From IMG/VR virus record IMGVR_UViG_3300028535_000001: a stretch of 64,000 nt of DNA; one strand, given 5' to 3'. This DNA comes from a virus. Numbering within the stretch: position 1 is the stretch's first letter; every line of letters begins with the position of its first letter. Made by a program: the position numbers and the translations under genes. Of this stretch, positions 37,343-47,706 are shown piece by piece. The notes beneath the pieces are model-generated. The model was not told the origin of the DNA. It saw only the letters and a program-made list of their open reading frames with translations, and made no database searches.

Positions 37343-37527
37343 TGGTATTCAGTATTAGCAGTCATCAAATATATCGTTTTCCTTGTATAGGTGTTTGTAG
37401 TATTGATGTAAATAGTGGTTACTGTTTAGGTTGTAGTCGTACTGAAAAAGAAGTGTACAAATGGGAAGATACAAACACAACCGATGAATGGAAAAAGAAA
37501 AACGAAGAAGAATTAAAAAATAGATAA
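37342..37527 (+). CDS. DUF1289 (YdhL-like) predicted Fe-S protein
   Basis: PCIGVCSID...GYCLGCSRT..EV..W. Confidence 0.85.
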   Translation: MVFSISSHQIYRFPCIGVCSIDVNSGYCLGCSRTEKEVYKWEDTNTTDEWKKKNEEELKNR

Positions 37528-37531
37528 AATA

Positions 37532-38170
37532 ATGGAGAGATATTTTAAAAAAAGACGTAGGTTAAATTTAGATGTGACCCATAGATGTCCTCTTGAATGT
37601 CCTAACTGTCAAAGACAAACATCGTTTACCAATGATGGTTTGGTACCTCATGGACGTGATCTAACGTTAGATGAATTAGATATGATAGCAAAACATTTTA
37701 TAGATATTGGTTTTTGTGGACAGTTATCGGATCCAGTACATCACCCTAAATTTAATGAAATAATGAAAATGCTTAAAGATGTGCCAGAGGTTTTTGTTCA
37801 TAATGCAGCTACAGCTAAACCTATATCTTGGTATATTAAATCTTGGCAGGCAAATCCAAAAGCAGTTTGGATATTTGCTTGTGATGGTCTTCCTAAAGAC
37901 AGCCATAAATATAGGAAGAATCAAGATGGTATTAAAATGTTTGAGATAATGAAAGAGGCCAAAAAACACTTATTGAGTACACCAGTGTGGCAATATATTA
38001 GATTTAAATATAATGAAAACGATATTGAAACAGCAAAGAAAATGGCCGAAGATGAAGGATTAAGTTTTATACAAATAGAATCTTCAAGGTGGTTGGGTGA
38101 TGATGATCCTTTTAAACCTACAAACTCATTAAAATCAAAGGCGGCTGTTTATAAAGGTACAACTAAATGA
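37532..38170 (+). CDS. Radical SAM protein without SPASM (copy 3)
   Basis: HRCPLECPNCQRQ, FCGQLSDP, DGLPKDSHKYR. Confidence 0.88.
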   Translation: MERYFKKRRRLNLDVTHRCPLECPNCQRQTSFTNDGLVPHGRDLTLDELDMIAKHFIDIGFCGQLSDPVHHPKFNEIMKMLKDVPEVFVHNAATAKPISWYIKSWQANPKAVWIFACDGLPKDSHKYRKNQDGIKMFEIMKEAKKHLLSTPVWQYIRFKYNENDIETAKKMAEDEGLSFIQIESSRWLGDDDPFKPTNSLKSKAAVYKGTTK

Positions 38171-38541
38171 AATTAAAACCTAAATGTTTACCTGATCCAG
38201 ATAACAAAGACTTTCAACCTATGCCTTTGGCAATAGATAATAGAGGTCATTTAATACCTTGTTGTTGGTGCGATCACCCTAAAACAACAAAGGCTGAGTT
38301 ATATAAACCTCTTTATAAAGTTAGTAAGCTTAAAGATTATAATAGTATAGATGAAATACTTGATACAAAAGAATGGAAACAATTTGAAGATGATCTAGTC
38401 CAAGCTAGAGATATAGGAGACAACATAAATAGAATTAACCAAACTTGTCTCTTTCATTGTAAGGCAAGAAAGTCAGATGACAATATAAAAATTGAAACTT
38501 ATTATGAAAAAGGTAAAGAAGTAGCGAAGGATATTAAATAA
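38167..38541 (+). CDS. Stand-alone SPASM/twitch-like protein (copy 3)
   Basis: PKC...AIDNRGHLIPCCWCD ... CLFHC. Confidence 0.8.
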   Translation: MKLKPKCLPDPDNKDFQPMPLAIDNRGHLIPCCWCDHPKTTKAELYKPLYKVSKLKDYNSIDEILDTKEWKQFEDDLVQARDIGDNINRINQTCLFHCKARKSDDNIKIETYYEKGKEVAKDIK

Positions 38542-39593
38542 TGGACGCATGGCATAAAGAATATGAATGGAACAAAGATGAATATATTAAACTCTTTGAT
38601 GAAGCAATGCAAGAAAAACAGGAACAAAATATAGAGTTCCTAGAAAAAACAATAACAAACACAATTGGAAGAAAATATGCTGTTGCTTGTCAAAACGGTA
38701 CAGACGCCTTAATGTTTTCTTTAATAACATTAGGAATAAAACCAGGTGATGAAGTAATAACAACAAACTTTTCTTGGATATCAACAGCGTCTTGTATATC
38801 TATGGTAGGTGCTAAACCTGTGTTTTGTGATATTGATTTAAAAAACTATCATATGACATTAGATAGTATAAAAAGAATGTATCAACCTGAAGTAAAAGCA
38901 ATTGTTTATCCTCATTTATTTGGCAACATGTCTAATATAACAGATATATTAGAATTTTGTAAAGAGAAAAATATATTTTTTATTGAAGACGCAGCTCAAG
39001 CCATAGGATCAAGTATCAATGGTGTAAAAGCAGGTACACTAGGAGATTTCAGTACTATAAGTTTCAATGCAAACAAAACTATTGGTGGTATCGCTGGTGG
39101 AGGAGTTGTACTAACAGATAACAAAGAACATGCCGATACAATAATAAAATTAAGAAAACATGGTAACCACGAAATGTTAGGATACAATTCTAAAATGTTA
39201 TTTTTTAATGCCAAGTTTATTGATTATAGATTAAAAAAATTAAATGTATATGTAGAAAGAAAACAAATCGTAGCAAAACTATATGATAATCATTTACAAG
39301 ATTACGTACAGGTACAAAAAACTACAAATGGAGTTAATCATACTTATCACAAATATATTATAAGGTTTGAAGATAAAGAAACAAGAAATAGAGTAAAGAA
39401 AAGAATAAATGCAAATGTTCATTATGAAAAACCTCTTTCAGAAAGACCTATGTACAAGAGTATAGATCATAGAAGTGATAATTGTATTAATTGTAAAACA
39501 ACCGGTGATACAATTTTAACCTTACCAATTGACCCATACTTAACAAAAGAAGAAATAGATAAAACGTGTAATACAATATTAGCCTCATTATGA
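38541..39593 (+). CDS. DegT/DnrJ/EryC1/StrS PLP-dependent sugar aminotransferase
   Basis: NGTDAL, GIKPGDEVI, IEDAAQA.G, SFNANK (PLP lysine), GGGVV. Confidence 0.93.
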   Translation: MDAWHKEYEWNKDEYIKLFDEAMQEKQEQNIEFLEKTITNTIGRKYAVACQNGTDALMFSLITLGIKPGDEVITTNFSWISTASCISMVGAKPVFCDIDLKNYHMTLDSIKRMYQPEVKAIVYPHLFGNMSNITDILEFCKEKNIFFIEDAAQAIGSSINGVKAGTLGDFSTISFNANKTIGGIAGGGVVLTDNKEHADTIIKLRKHGNHEMLGYNSKMLFFNAKFIDYRLKKLNVYVERKQIVAKLYDNHLQDYVQVQKTTNGVNHTYHKYIIRFEDKETRNRVKKRINANVHYEKPLSERPMYKSIDHRSDNCINCKTTGDTILTLPIDPYLTKEEIDKTCNTILASL

Positions 39594-39898
39594 TAGAAAT
39601 AATAGCAAGTCCAGATTTAGATAAAATTAGTTATATTGACAGTAACGAAAATCCTGTTCCTATAACAGATCAAAATCTTATCAAGACTTGTCAAATGATG
39701 AAAAGAATATTAGGCACTAGTGATATATTTGATGAGAAATTAATTAATGAATATAATGAACCAGTGTATGAATATATTGTTGAGAAAACTTATATAATGC
39801 CAGAGTATGATTATGGTCCAGTATATTTTAAAGATAAACCAAAACAAAAAATGAAGATTGCATTTAATAAATTATTTTATGAAAAAATTAATAGTTAG
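39590..39898 (+). CDS. Hypothetical protein
   Basis: 102-aa ORF translationally coupled within the operon. Confidence 0.65.
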   Translation: MIEIIASPDLDKISYIDSNENPVPITDQNLIKTCQMMKRILGTSDIFDEKLINEYNEPVYEYIVEKTYIMPEYDYGPVYFKDKPKQKMKIAFNKLFYEKINS

Positions 39899-40679
39899 TG
39901 GAGATAGTTTTACAGATTTAGATTTTGAATCTATGCCCCACCCTACATGGGACGTCTCATGGCCAAAATGGCCTGAACATTTAGCAAAACATTTAGGTAT
40001 GGAACTAGTTTGTTTAGCTAAAGGTGGGCAAGGCAATCAATTTATATACAGCACACTATTAGATGAAATAACTAAAACAAGAAAGGATGAAATAGGTATG
40101 GTTATAGCTGCATGGTCTCAATGTCATAGAAAAGATTGGGAAATAGGCCATGTAACTGGTAGTTTAAATAATCCCTACGATAGAAAAGGTAAATTATGGA
40201 GATCAAAACTAGTAGATGAAGACGGCGATCTACCAAATTGGGTAACTAAAAGTTTAAGAACATTTTTAAGTTTTCAGATACTTTGTGAAAGATACAACCT
40301 ACCTTACTATCATTTTCAAATGACATCATTATTTGAGCAATATCTTTATGGACCAATTTATAATTATGAATTAATAGAAGGAAAAAAATACAAAGTAAAA
40401 AAAAGCGATGGAGTTTTTGATAAAAAAAAATATATAATAAGAATACTACAAAGGGTAAGTGAATATGGGAAATGGATAAATAAATTCATAGGTTGGCCAG
40501 GACTAGAAGACCAATTTGATATGGCTGGATTCAATATGGCCCAACACATATTAGGTAGAGATCAAGAAACTAAAATAGCAAACGGTACTATAATATCTGA
40601 ACAAGATATTCATCCGAATGCAAAAGGACATAAATTAATTGCTACATTTTTAGCAAATTATATAGAGGAGAAAAAATGA
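39879..40679 (+). CDS. SGNH/GDSL-like esterase or acyltransferase
   Basis: N-terminal SGDSFT, G.GN, C-terminal DIHPNAKGHKLIA. Confidence 0.8.
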   Translation: MKKLIVSGDSFTDLDFESMPHPTWDVSWPKWPEHLAKHLGMELVCLAKGGQGNQFIYSTLLDEITKTRKDEIGMVIAAWSQCHRKDWEIGHVTGSLNNPYDRKGKLWRSKLVDEDGDLPNWVTKSLRTFLSFQILCERYNLPYYHFQMTSLFEQYLYGPIYNYELIEGKKYKVKKSDGVFDKKKYIIRILQRVSEYGKWINKFIGWPGLEDQFDMAGFNMAQHILGRDQETKIANGTIISEQDIHPNAKGHKLIATFLANYIEEKK

Positions 40680-40885
40680 ATATTTTTAGAAAATTAAAAA
40701 ATTTATTCTTTTCAAATGCTTTAGTATTAACAAATGAAGTTAAGAAAATTGATATTAAAGGTTTAGCAAAGAAGTCTAAAATAGAGTTAGAGAAGATAGG
40801 TAGAAAAATTGGTATTGAATTAGATAGAAGATTTACCAAAGATAAACTTATCAAGTTAATCAAAAAACAAAATAAAAAATTATAA
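40676..40885 (+). CDS. Small basic protein (Rho-N/HeH-like)
   Basis: SKIELEKIGRKIGIELDRRFTKDKLI. Confidence 0.6.
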   Translation: MNIFRKLKNLFFSNALVLTNEVKKIDIKGLAKKSKIELEKIGRKIGIELDRRFTKDKLIKLIKKQNKKL

Positions 40886-40901
40886 TATTGAGGAATATAT
40901 A

Positions 40902-41792
40902 ATGTCTATAACTTATGATGATAAAGAAATTGAGTTTTTTAACTTTCCAATAAAGCAAGTCATACTAGCCTTATCAGGCGGAACGGATTCAGCTGCTATT
41001 CTTTATTTAATATGTAAAAAATTTCCAGAAATAGAAATTATACCATATAATTGTCAAGATGTTAATAATCCATATGACATACAGGCAGCCGAAAAAATTA
41101 TAGAAATTGTTAAAGGTAAGTTTCCTAATAATAATATTAGAGATTTGGTAAGAGGAACTTATAATGATGGTGACGATTCACTCTTTCCAGAGGCAATAGA
41201 AGCCATTAAAAGAAGGCCAGAATGGTCTACCGAACAAGATAAAGCAGATGGTACAAAGTCTGAACATTTAGCTTTATTAAAAAAATATTGTCCTAGTAGA
41301 CATACTTTAGAGTATTATATTGAATATTTTAACCGGAAGAATGTATTATTAACACTTACCATTTTAAATAGAGTGACAAAAACTTTATTTTTAAATAAAT
41401 TAAAAGATGAATTACGTGTCAAATATATTGATGGTCCGTTGGACAACAGGCTCCTGGTGGCTCCTGACTCATACCATGTAAATGGTATGACCAATAATCC
41501 ACCAATAGAAGTACAAAAAAAATATCCTGTAATGCTTCAATGGGCTGAAACAAGAAGAAACCCTAGTGATAAAATTAGAAACACAAGAGATTATAGGACG
41601 TATTATCCTTTTGCTAATGTTGATAAAAAGTTTATAGCAGCTATATTTAAGGATGAAAAATTAATGGAGACTATATTTCCTCTCACAAGATCATGTGTAG
41701 GTATAGCAGAATTAACTGATAACTATACGAAAGAATGCCACCAATGTTTTTGGTGTTATGAAAAAAAATGGGCGTTTGATTTAAAATGGTAA
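40902..41792 (+). CDS. QueC-like PP-loop ATPase (paralogue 1)
   Basis: LSGGTDSA PP-loop; C-terminal TRSC...CHQCFWCYEK Zn motif. Confidence 0.82.
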   Translation: MSITYDDKEIEFFNFPIKQVILALSGGTDSAAILYLICKKFPEIEIIPYNCQDVNNPYDIQAAEKIIEIVKGKFPNNNIRDLVRGTYNDGDDSLFPEAIEAIKRRPEWSTEQDKADGTKSEHLALLKKYCPSRHTLEYYIEYFNRKNVLLTLTILNRVTKTLFLNKLKDELRVKYIDGPLDNRLLVAPDSYHVNGMTNNPPIEVQKKYPVMLQWAETRRNPSDKIRNTRDYRTYYPFANVDKKFIAAIFKDEKLMETIFPLTRSCVGIAELTDNYTKECHQCFWCYEKKWAFDLKW

Positions 41793-41804
41793 TAAATATT
41801 AATA

Positions 41805-42644
41805 ATGAAGTTTGATCTTACATATGCACAAAAAAACTATTTAGCGGTAGATTTCTTTCTATCAATGTCTTGTAATAAAGACTGCCACTATTGTACAAGT
41901 TATACTTTAGAAATGAGAAACTTGACAGTAGATTTAAATTTTTTAAGAAAATGTTTAGAGGCTTTAAAACCTTATAAAACTAGGATATGTTTACTTGGTG
42001 GAGAACCAGGTTTAATTAAGAACTTACGTGAAGTTATATCAATGATAAAAGAATATCCTAATTTTATTTGTCAAGTTTTATCTAACTCTTTTATAAGAAA
42101 AAGGTATCCTGAAATACTAGAAGATCCAGAAATATTATATGTAGAACACTTAACATTAGATTTTTATCCAGATGAAATAAAAAAATTAGGTAACTATGAA
42201 TATTTAGAGCCAAATGAAATGAATAACTACAACGTAGTACTTAAAACACCTAATTACTTTAAATATATAGCAAACTATCCAAAATTTAAAAAGAAATTAG
42301 CCCATAAAAATACTATGTTCAAAGCATTTAATGGTAGAACACCATCTAAAGGTGACGTAGAAGAAGTACACCAACAGGCGGCTGAAATAGACCGTAAAAT
42401 GTGTGCCGCTTTTCCAATGGTGCCTGTTATTGATTTTGAGAAAAGACACATAGTACACTGTAGTAAAAAATTTGCAAATAACACCGAATTGTCTAGGTCT
42501 TTCCCTATAACAAAAGAAAATATTGATAAGATGATGAATTTTCAATTATTTAAATACGAAAAGTATTGTGTAACATGTAAGGAGTATGTACAACCAAAGG
42601 GACACTTCCCTATTGAGAAGTACGCTAATATATTAAATAGATAA
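41805..42644 (+). CDS. Radical SAM protein with a twitch-like C-terminus
   Basis: CNKDCHYC, LLGGEPG, C-terminal C..(HC)..CVTC. Confidence 0.88.
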   Translation: MKFDLTYAQKNYLAVDFFLSMSCNKDCHYCTSYTLEMRNLTVDLNFLRKCLEALKPYKTRICLLGGEPGLIKNLREVISMIKEYPNFICQVLSNSFIRKRYPEILEDPEILYVEHLTLDFYPDEIKKLGNYEYLEPNEMNNYNVVLKTPNYFKYIANYPKFKKKLAHKNTMFKAFNGRTPSKGDVEEVHQQAAEIDRKMCAAFPMVPVIDFEKRHIVHCSKKFANNTELSRSFPITKENIDKMMNFQLFKYEKYCVTCKEYVQPKGHFPIEKYANILNR

Positions 42645-42654
42645 GGAGTAAATT

Positions 42655-43053
42655 ATGAATGAAACAGATGATCCAGATTTAAGAGTGCCTAAACCCGCTG
42701 TTGACGCACAACTTAATGCTACACTAGACGATATTACAGACCACCAAGAAACTCGTTTAGAGTATATTAATCATATTACAGAGAAACTTAAAACTTGTTA
42801 TGATCCTGAAATTGATACAGACATTTATACACTTGGACTTATATATGATGTTAAGGTTACCTCTGAAAGATACGTATTTGTATTAATGAGTTTAACGTCT
42901 GCTTTTTGTCCAGCAGTAGATGAAATAGTTAATGGAGTTAAAATGGCAGTTGATAGTATTCCAGGACTAAAATGTACTGTTAGAATTACAATGACACCTA
43001 TGTGGTCTAGAGATATGATTGATCCCGAAATAAGAGAAGTAATGGGACTGTAA
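42655..43053 (+). CDS. SufT/MIP18/PaaD-like (DUF59) Fe-S assembly protein
   Basis: LKTCYDPEI..DIYTLGLIY, MSLTSAFCP, PMWS.DMI. Confidence 0.92.
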   Translation: MNETDDPDLRVPKPAVDAQLNATLDDITDHQETRLEYINHITEKLKTCYDPEIDTDIYTLGLIYDVKVTSERYVFVLMSLTSAFCPAVDEIVNGVKMAVDSIPGLKCTVRITMTPMWSRDMIDPEIREVMGL

Positions 43054-43076
43054 TAAATAAGTATGAGGAGAACATT

Positions 43077-44597
43077 ATGAAAATTTACGCTGTTGCTATA
43101 AACTTACACGACCATAACACCTATGACGGTGTTTATCATAATCAATTAGAAAGACACACAAGATTTAAACATAACTTACCATACAAAGCAGAAGCTTATA
43201 ATCATCAATCAGATATATTAAATCCTGGTGATTATACTTTAAATGATAAATTTGTAGCAGAGCATGTTAAAAAAGAACCTGATACACTTTTCGCATTTAC
43301 ATATACTTATGGTGGTATAAGAAAAGCAAAAAAAGAATTATGGAATACTATATTTAAAGGTCACGATGAAATTTTAGATTATGAAGTTAAAACATTATGG
43401 CAAAGACACTATAAAGATGGCATTTATTATATTGACCATCATCAATCACATGCCGCTTATGCATTTTTAAATTCAGGTTATAAACAAAGTGATATACTTG
43501 CAATAGATGGTATTGGCTCAAGATATAGATGTGTATTCTTTGACAGAGACGGCAACGCAACTGATTTATCATCAAAACTTCCTATTGGGTGGTTATGGAA
43601 TCATATGTCTAACTTGACAGGATTTGGAACATTAGGTGCAAGTAAACTTATGGGTAAAGTTGGTTATGGAAAACATAGTGACTATTACTATAATGTATTA
43701 TCTCAAATTTTAGAAGGACCTATATTAGAAAGAAAATATCCAGAATGGAAACAAATTAAAATTTCTACACATGGTATAGATGACCTAGCATACACACTAC
43801 AAGAAATTACAATGGAAAAAATTAAAGAACATATCTATCCATTAAAAACATCCGATAATCTTTGTCTTGCTGGTGGTGTTGCTTACAATGGTTATGTAAA
43901 TGAAATGTTTACCGAAAAATGGGATAATGTTTTTATTCCACCTGCAATTGGTGATGAAGGCCAAGCTATTGGTACTTATCAACATGCTGAATATACAATA
44001 AACAATAGAGTACACAAGTCTAACGTATATGCCGGCAAATCATACGAGTATATAGGCGAAAAAAAATTAACGTCTTATAAAGAAATAGCACAAGAAATCG
44101 CCGATGGTAAGATAGTAGGTTGGTTTCAAGGTAAATCAGAAAGTGGTAACAGAGCATTAGGTAATAGAAGTATATTAGCTGATCCTAGAAATCCAGAAAT
44201 AAAAGATATTATCAATAGTACAATAAAAATGAGAGAAGATTTTAGACCATTCGCTCCAGCAGTTTTAGAAGAACATTATAAAGAATATTTTGAGACAAAT
44301 AGTCCTAGTCCTTATATGTCAAGAATATGTAAAGTAAAAAAAGATAAAAAATCAGTAGTACCTGGAATTACTCACGTTGATGGTACTGCTAGAATACAGA
44401 CAGTTAACAAAGAAGATAATAATAAATTTTATGAACTTATACGAGAGTTTGGTGTTATCACTGGTGTTCCTATGTTGCTTAATACAAGTTTCAATTGTCA
44501 AGAGCCTATAGTAGAAACACCTCAAAATGCATTAAGAACTTTTAAAAGAACAGGATTAGATATATTAATTATTAATGATTATGTGGTAAGAAAATGA
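43077..44597 (+). CDS. NodU/CmcH-family carbamoyltransferase
   Basis: HHQSHAAYA, DGIG, KLMG, LAGGVAYN, RALGNRSILADPR, RPFAP, THVDGTARIQTV, LNTSFN. Confidence 0.95.
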   Translation: MKIYAVAINLHDHNTYDGVYHNQLERHTRFKHNLPYKAEAYNHQSDILNPGDYTLNDKFVAEHVKKEPDTLFAFTYTYGGIRKAKKELWNTIFKGHDEILDYEVKTLWQRHYKDGIYYIDHHQSHAAYAFLNSGYKQSDILAIDGIGSRYRCVFFDRDGNATDLSSKLPIGWLWNHMSNLTGFGTLGASKLMGKVGYGKHSDYYYNVLSQILEGPILERKYPEWKQIKISTHGIDDLAYTLQEITMEKIKEHIYPLKTSDNLCLAGGVAYNGYVNEMFTEKWDNVFIPPAIGDEGQAIGTYQHAEYTINNRVHKSNVYAGKSYEYIGEKKLTSYKEIAQEIADGKIVGWFQGKSESGNRALGNRSILADPRNPEIKDIINSTIKMREDFRPFAPAVLEEHYKEYFETNSPSPYMSRICKVKKDKKSVVPGITHVDGTARIQTVNKEDNNKFYELIREFGVITGVPMLLNTSFNCQEPIVETPQNALRTFKRTGLDILIINDYVVRK

Positions 44598-45400
44598 TTT
44601 ATAAAAATAAATTTGGTGAAATTGATATATTAAATTCAAAATATAATTTTAATAATAAAACTATAGCCATATCTATGTCTGGCGGATGTGATAGCACTAT
44701 GTTATGTTATTTGCTTGCAAAAACTATACAAAAGGAAAAATTAAATATTATTATACAACCATATAATGGTTACGATATTGATATACCACACGATTCTGAA
44801 AATGTGCCAAACATTATAAAATATATGCAAAATAAATTTCCAGGTGTAATAAGATGGCCAATAGGGGTGGTTTATAAAACTTTAAGTAATGAAAAAACTG
44901 TTCTAGGTACAGGTACAGGAGATAGTATAGTATTTGAAGATGAGATAATTAGACAAGATTTGCCATTTAAAGGAAATAAAATTCTTTTTGAATCAGATAA
45001 AGATAAAAATAATTGGATCCGCCCATTAAGAGATTTAATTGAAAAAAAAGTAGTTGATAATATAGTAATTGTAGCACTTTCACAAGGTCCTCCTTTAAAA
45101 GTACAACTAGATATGATAAAAAAATACAATATGGTAGGTCCAAAATTAATACAAAGAATAGAAGGATATTTAGATAAAGAAGATTTAAATGAAATCCAAC
45201 AATTGAAGCAGAGCTCTAATCTTGTAAATAATGCACCATTTAAATTTATTGATAAACGATTTATAATACAATGTTATAAAGATTTTAAAATGATGGATGT
45301 TTTAAATGAAATGACCGAATCGTGTACAAAACCTGGTGGAAAATGTGGAACCTGTTGGTGGTGTAGAGAAAGAGAATGGGCAATGGAAGAAGTATGTTAG
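44594..45400 (+). CDS. QueC-like PP-loop ATPase (paralogue 2)
   Basis: SMSGGCDST; TESC...CGTCWWCRER. Confidence 0.82.
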   Translation: MIYKNKFGEIDILNSKYNFNNKTIAISMSGGCDSTMLCYLLAKTIQKEKLNIIIQPYNGYDIDIPHDSENVPNIIKYMQNKFPGVIRWPIGVVYKTLSNEKTVLGTGTGDSIVFEDEIIRQDLPFKGNKILFESDKDKNNWIRPLRDLIEKKVVDNIVIVALSQGPPLKVQLDMIKKYNMVGPKLIQRIEGYLDKEDLNEIQQLKQSSNLVNNAPFKFIDKRFIIQCYKDFKMMDVLNEMTESCTKPGGKCGTCWWCREREWAMEEVC

Positions 45401-46056
45401 ATTTAAATTTATTAAAAAATATAATGAGTGAGATTAGAGAGAATGATGATCTATTAGATTCGTTAAGTCCTAATCAATTCGCTACTAAACTAAAACTTGT
45501 TGAACATGTAGACAAATTAGATTTTTTAAATAAAGATTCAAAAATAGTTATATTTGGTAGTTGGTATGGCAGTATATTAATACCTGCTTTTTATCATAAA
45601 GTAAAACAAATAGTATGTGTTGATACAGACGCACAAGTAATTAGTAGATCAAAGTATAGAATATTTCCAGAATGGAATATTGATTGGATAACAGGTGATG
45701 TATTTGAAAAGTATAGAGATCAATACGATGGTGTTGATTTGTTTATTAATACATCTTGCGAACATATGAAACCTATGAAAGAATGGGGACCGGCACCAAT
45801 AATGAAAAATCCTTGGTGGGGTAGAACTTCACCTACACACTTTGCTTTTACATCAAACAACATGTTTGATATTGAAGGCCATATTAATTGTGTAGATACA
45901 ATAGAAAATTTTAAGAAACAATTGCCTAGTAATGCAACTGTATTATCAGAGGAAAAGGTAACAGATTATAGAGGTACAAGATTTATTATAGTAGGAAAAA
46001 TGGAAGGAAAACCTGATCCGATTATGTCATGGGAAGAAGCTAAGAAAATAAAATAA
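45394..46056 (+). CDS. Class I SAM-dependent methyltransferase-like protein
   Basis: VIFGSWYG motif I, VDTD, GDVF, INTSCEHM. Confidence 0.7.
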   Translation: MLDLNLLKNIMSEIRENDDLLDSLSPNQFATKLKLVEHVDKLDFLNKDSKIVIFGSWYGSILIPAFYHKVKQIVCVDTDAQVISRSKYRIFPEWNIDWITGDVFEKYRDQYDGVDLFINTSCEHMKPMKEWGPAPIMKNPWWGRTSPTHFAFTSNNMFDIEGHINCVDTIENFKKQLPSNATVLSEEKVTDYRGTRFIIVGKMEGKPDPIMSWEEAKKIK

Positions 46057-46934
46057 TGAAATTATTTGATAATGAAACTAAAAAAAGAGTTATATTCTCC
46101 TTGTATATTAATATACCTAAAGAGGAGTTAGACTTATTTGATAAACATATAAAGAAACCAGAAACAGAGTTTACAAATATTAATACTAAAAATGAATTTG
46201 AAACTCATTACCAAAGACTAATAGATTGTAAAAAAGAATATGCTGATAAAATAGGCGTAGACTTTTTTATGCATGAAGAATATAAAGAATATTACGATCA
46301 CTTTCAAAAAAACTATCCAGAAATTACAAGTTATAATATAGTTAACTTTTTTAAAATACATTTACTATATGAGTATAGTAAAAAATATGATGAAGTATTA
46401 TACCTAGACTTTGATGTTGTTCCTAATACAGACGAAAACTTTTTTGACCATTGGGATTTATCAAAAGGTGTTTGTGTTTTAAATAATAATGAAAGAGTAT
46501 CTCCTATTCAAAAGATTACAGAAAGAACACAAACAATAAGAAGTCCAAACGCAAAATTTTATAATGCTCAAGCTATGTTAATAGAAAAAGGTTTAAGTCC
46601 TGAAAATGATGTTATTAATACAGGTATAATAGGTATTGATAAAGAACATTTAGATCAATTAGAATATTTTACAAATTTTAAAGAAACTCTTAATGAAATG
46701 ACAAGTCTTATAGGTGTATATGATATATTTCCTAAAAAGATTGCTGATTTCTTTGGTTATGATAATGAAACAATATTTGCTGTGAAACTAAAAGAAAAGA
46801 AAGTACCAGTACAATGGTTAGATAAAGATTGGCACTATTTCTTTGATACAAATCTTTTTATTCCTAAAACTGCCAAACTTATACATGCTATTAATAAAAG
46901 GTTTGATATAATTTGGAGAAACATTGATGATTAA
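46056..46934 (+). CDS. GT-A glycosyltransferase-like protein
   Basis: VLYLDFDVV (DXD), INTGII, DNETIF, W, H. Confidence 0.75.
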   Translation: MKLFDNETKKRVIFSLYINIPKEELDLFDKHIKKPETEFTNINTKNEFETHYQRLIDCKKEYADKIGVDFFMHEEYKEYYDHFQKNYPEITSYNIVNFFKIHLLYEYSKKYDEVLYLDFDVVPNTDENFFDHWDLSKGVCVLNNNERVSPIQKITERTQTIRSPNAKFYNAQAMLIEKGLSPENDVINTGIIGIDKEHLDQLEYFTNFKETLNEMTSLIGVYDIFPKKIADFFGYDNETIFAVKLKEKKVPVQWLDKDWHYFFDTNLFIPKTAKLIHAINKRFDIIWRNIDD

Positions 46935-47706
46935 AATATGTACTGTATACTTCAAAGGCATGTATACACCAGATTATGTTGCTAACTTATATGATGGACT
47001 GAAAAGAAACAGTACAATACCTTTTCAATTTATTTGTTTAAGTGATGACCCTAACGTAAAGGCCGATGTAGTATTACCATATAATCATCATAGTACTATT
47101 GTAAAGCACTGGCACAAATTAAAATTTTTTAGTCCTTTATTTGGTGGTCAACAACCAGGCGATGAGATTGTTATAATGGATATAGATCAAGTTATTGTAG
47201 GTAATGTAGATGATCTTATAGGACATCCAGTTGGCGATGATGAGTTAGTATCATATGGTGTATTTTGGAATGAAAGATTACATACTAACAGATTAAAAGA
47301 TAATAACATATTACCTTTGAATGGTGGTTTTTATAAATTTAAATCTGGCCAATTCAAGCATATATGGGATGATTTCGCACTTAATCCTGAATATTGGCAA
47401 TTGCATTATTACAATGTAGGTAAAGTACACTTTAAATATTATGGCGAACAAAACTATGTTGATTGGAAAATATTTGAAAAGAAAAGTAAACTTACTAATA
47501 CACCACAAGAATGGTTAGGTAAGTATACAGAAAACGGAAAAGATATGATAAATCTGAACAAGATGTATGCAAAAAAATTTGATACAGATTATATGTTGTT
47601 AGATGAACCAAATGAAAAATTAAAGATTGTACACTATACAGGTCCGAATCGTGTTATTCACGAACTAAAAGACAGCCCTTTGTATAGTAAGTGGATAAAT
47701 AGGTAA
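46924..47706 (+). CDS. GT-A glycosyltransferase-like protein
   Basis: Y...YV.NLY, WHKLKFF, MDIDQVI, GEQNYV, IVHYTG. Confidence 0.78.
   Translation: MMIKICTVYFKGMYTPDYVANLYDGLKRNSTIPFQFICLSDDPNVKADVVLPYNHHSTIVKHWHKLKFFSPLFGGQQPGDEIVIMDIDQVIVGNVDDLIGHPVGDDELVSYGVFWNERLHTNRLKDNNILPLNGGFYKFKSGQFKHIWDDFALNPEYWQLHYYNVGKVHFKYYGEQNYVDWKIFEKKSKLTNTPQEWLGKYTENGKDMINLNKMYAKKFDTDYMLLDEPNEKLKIVHYTGPNRVIHELKDSPLYSKWINR

Noticed and set aside
36307-38541. rSAM/SPASM splits as pseudogenes or sequencing frameshifts
   Set aside because: The split recurs in three paralogous pairs with distinct overlaps, own ATGs and intact motifs.
40902-42644. Canonical queC-queE 7-deazaguanine DNA modification cassette
   Set aside because: No folE, queD or dpdA in the window, three divergent QueC-like copies, and the rSAM has extra C-terminal Cys unlike QueE; cannot be fully excluded without the rest of the genome.
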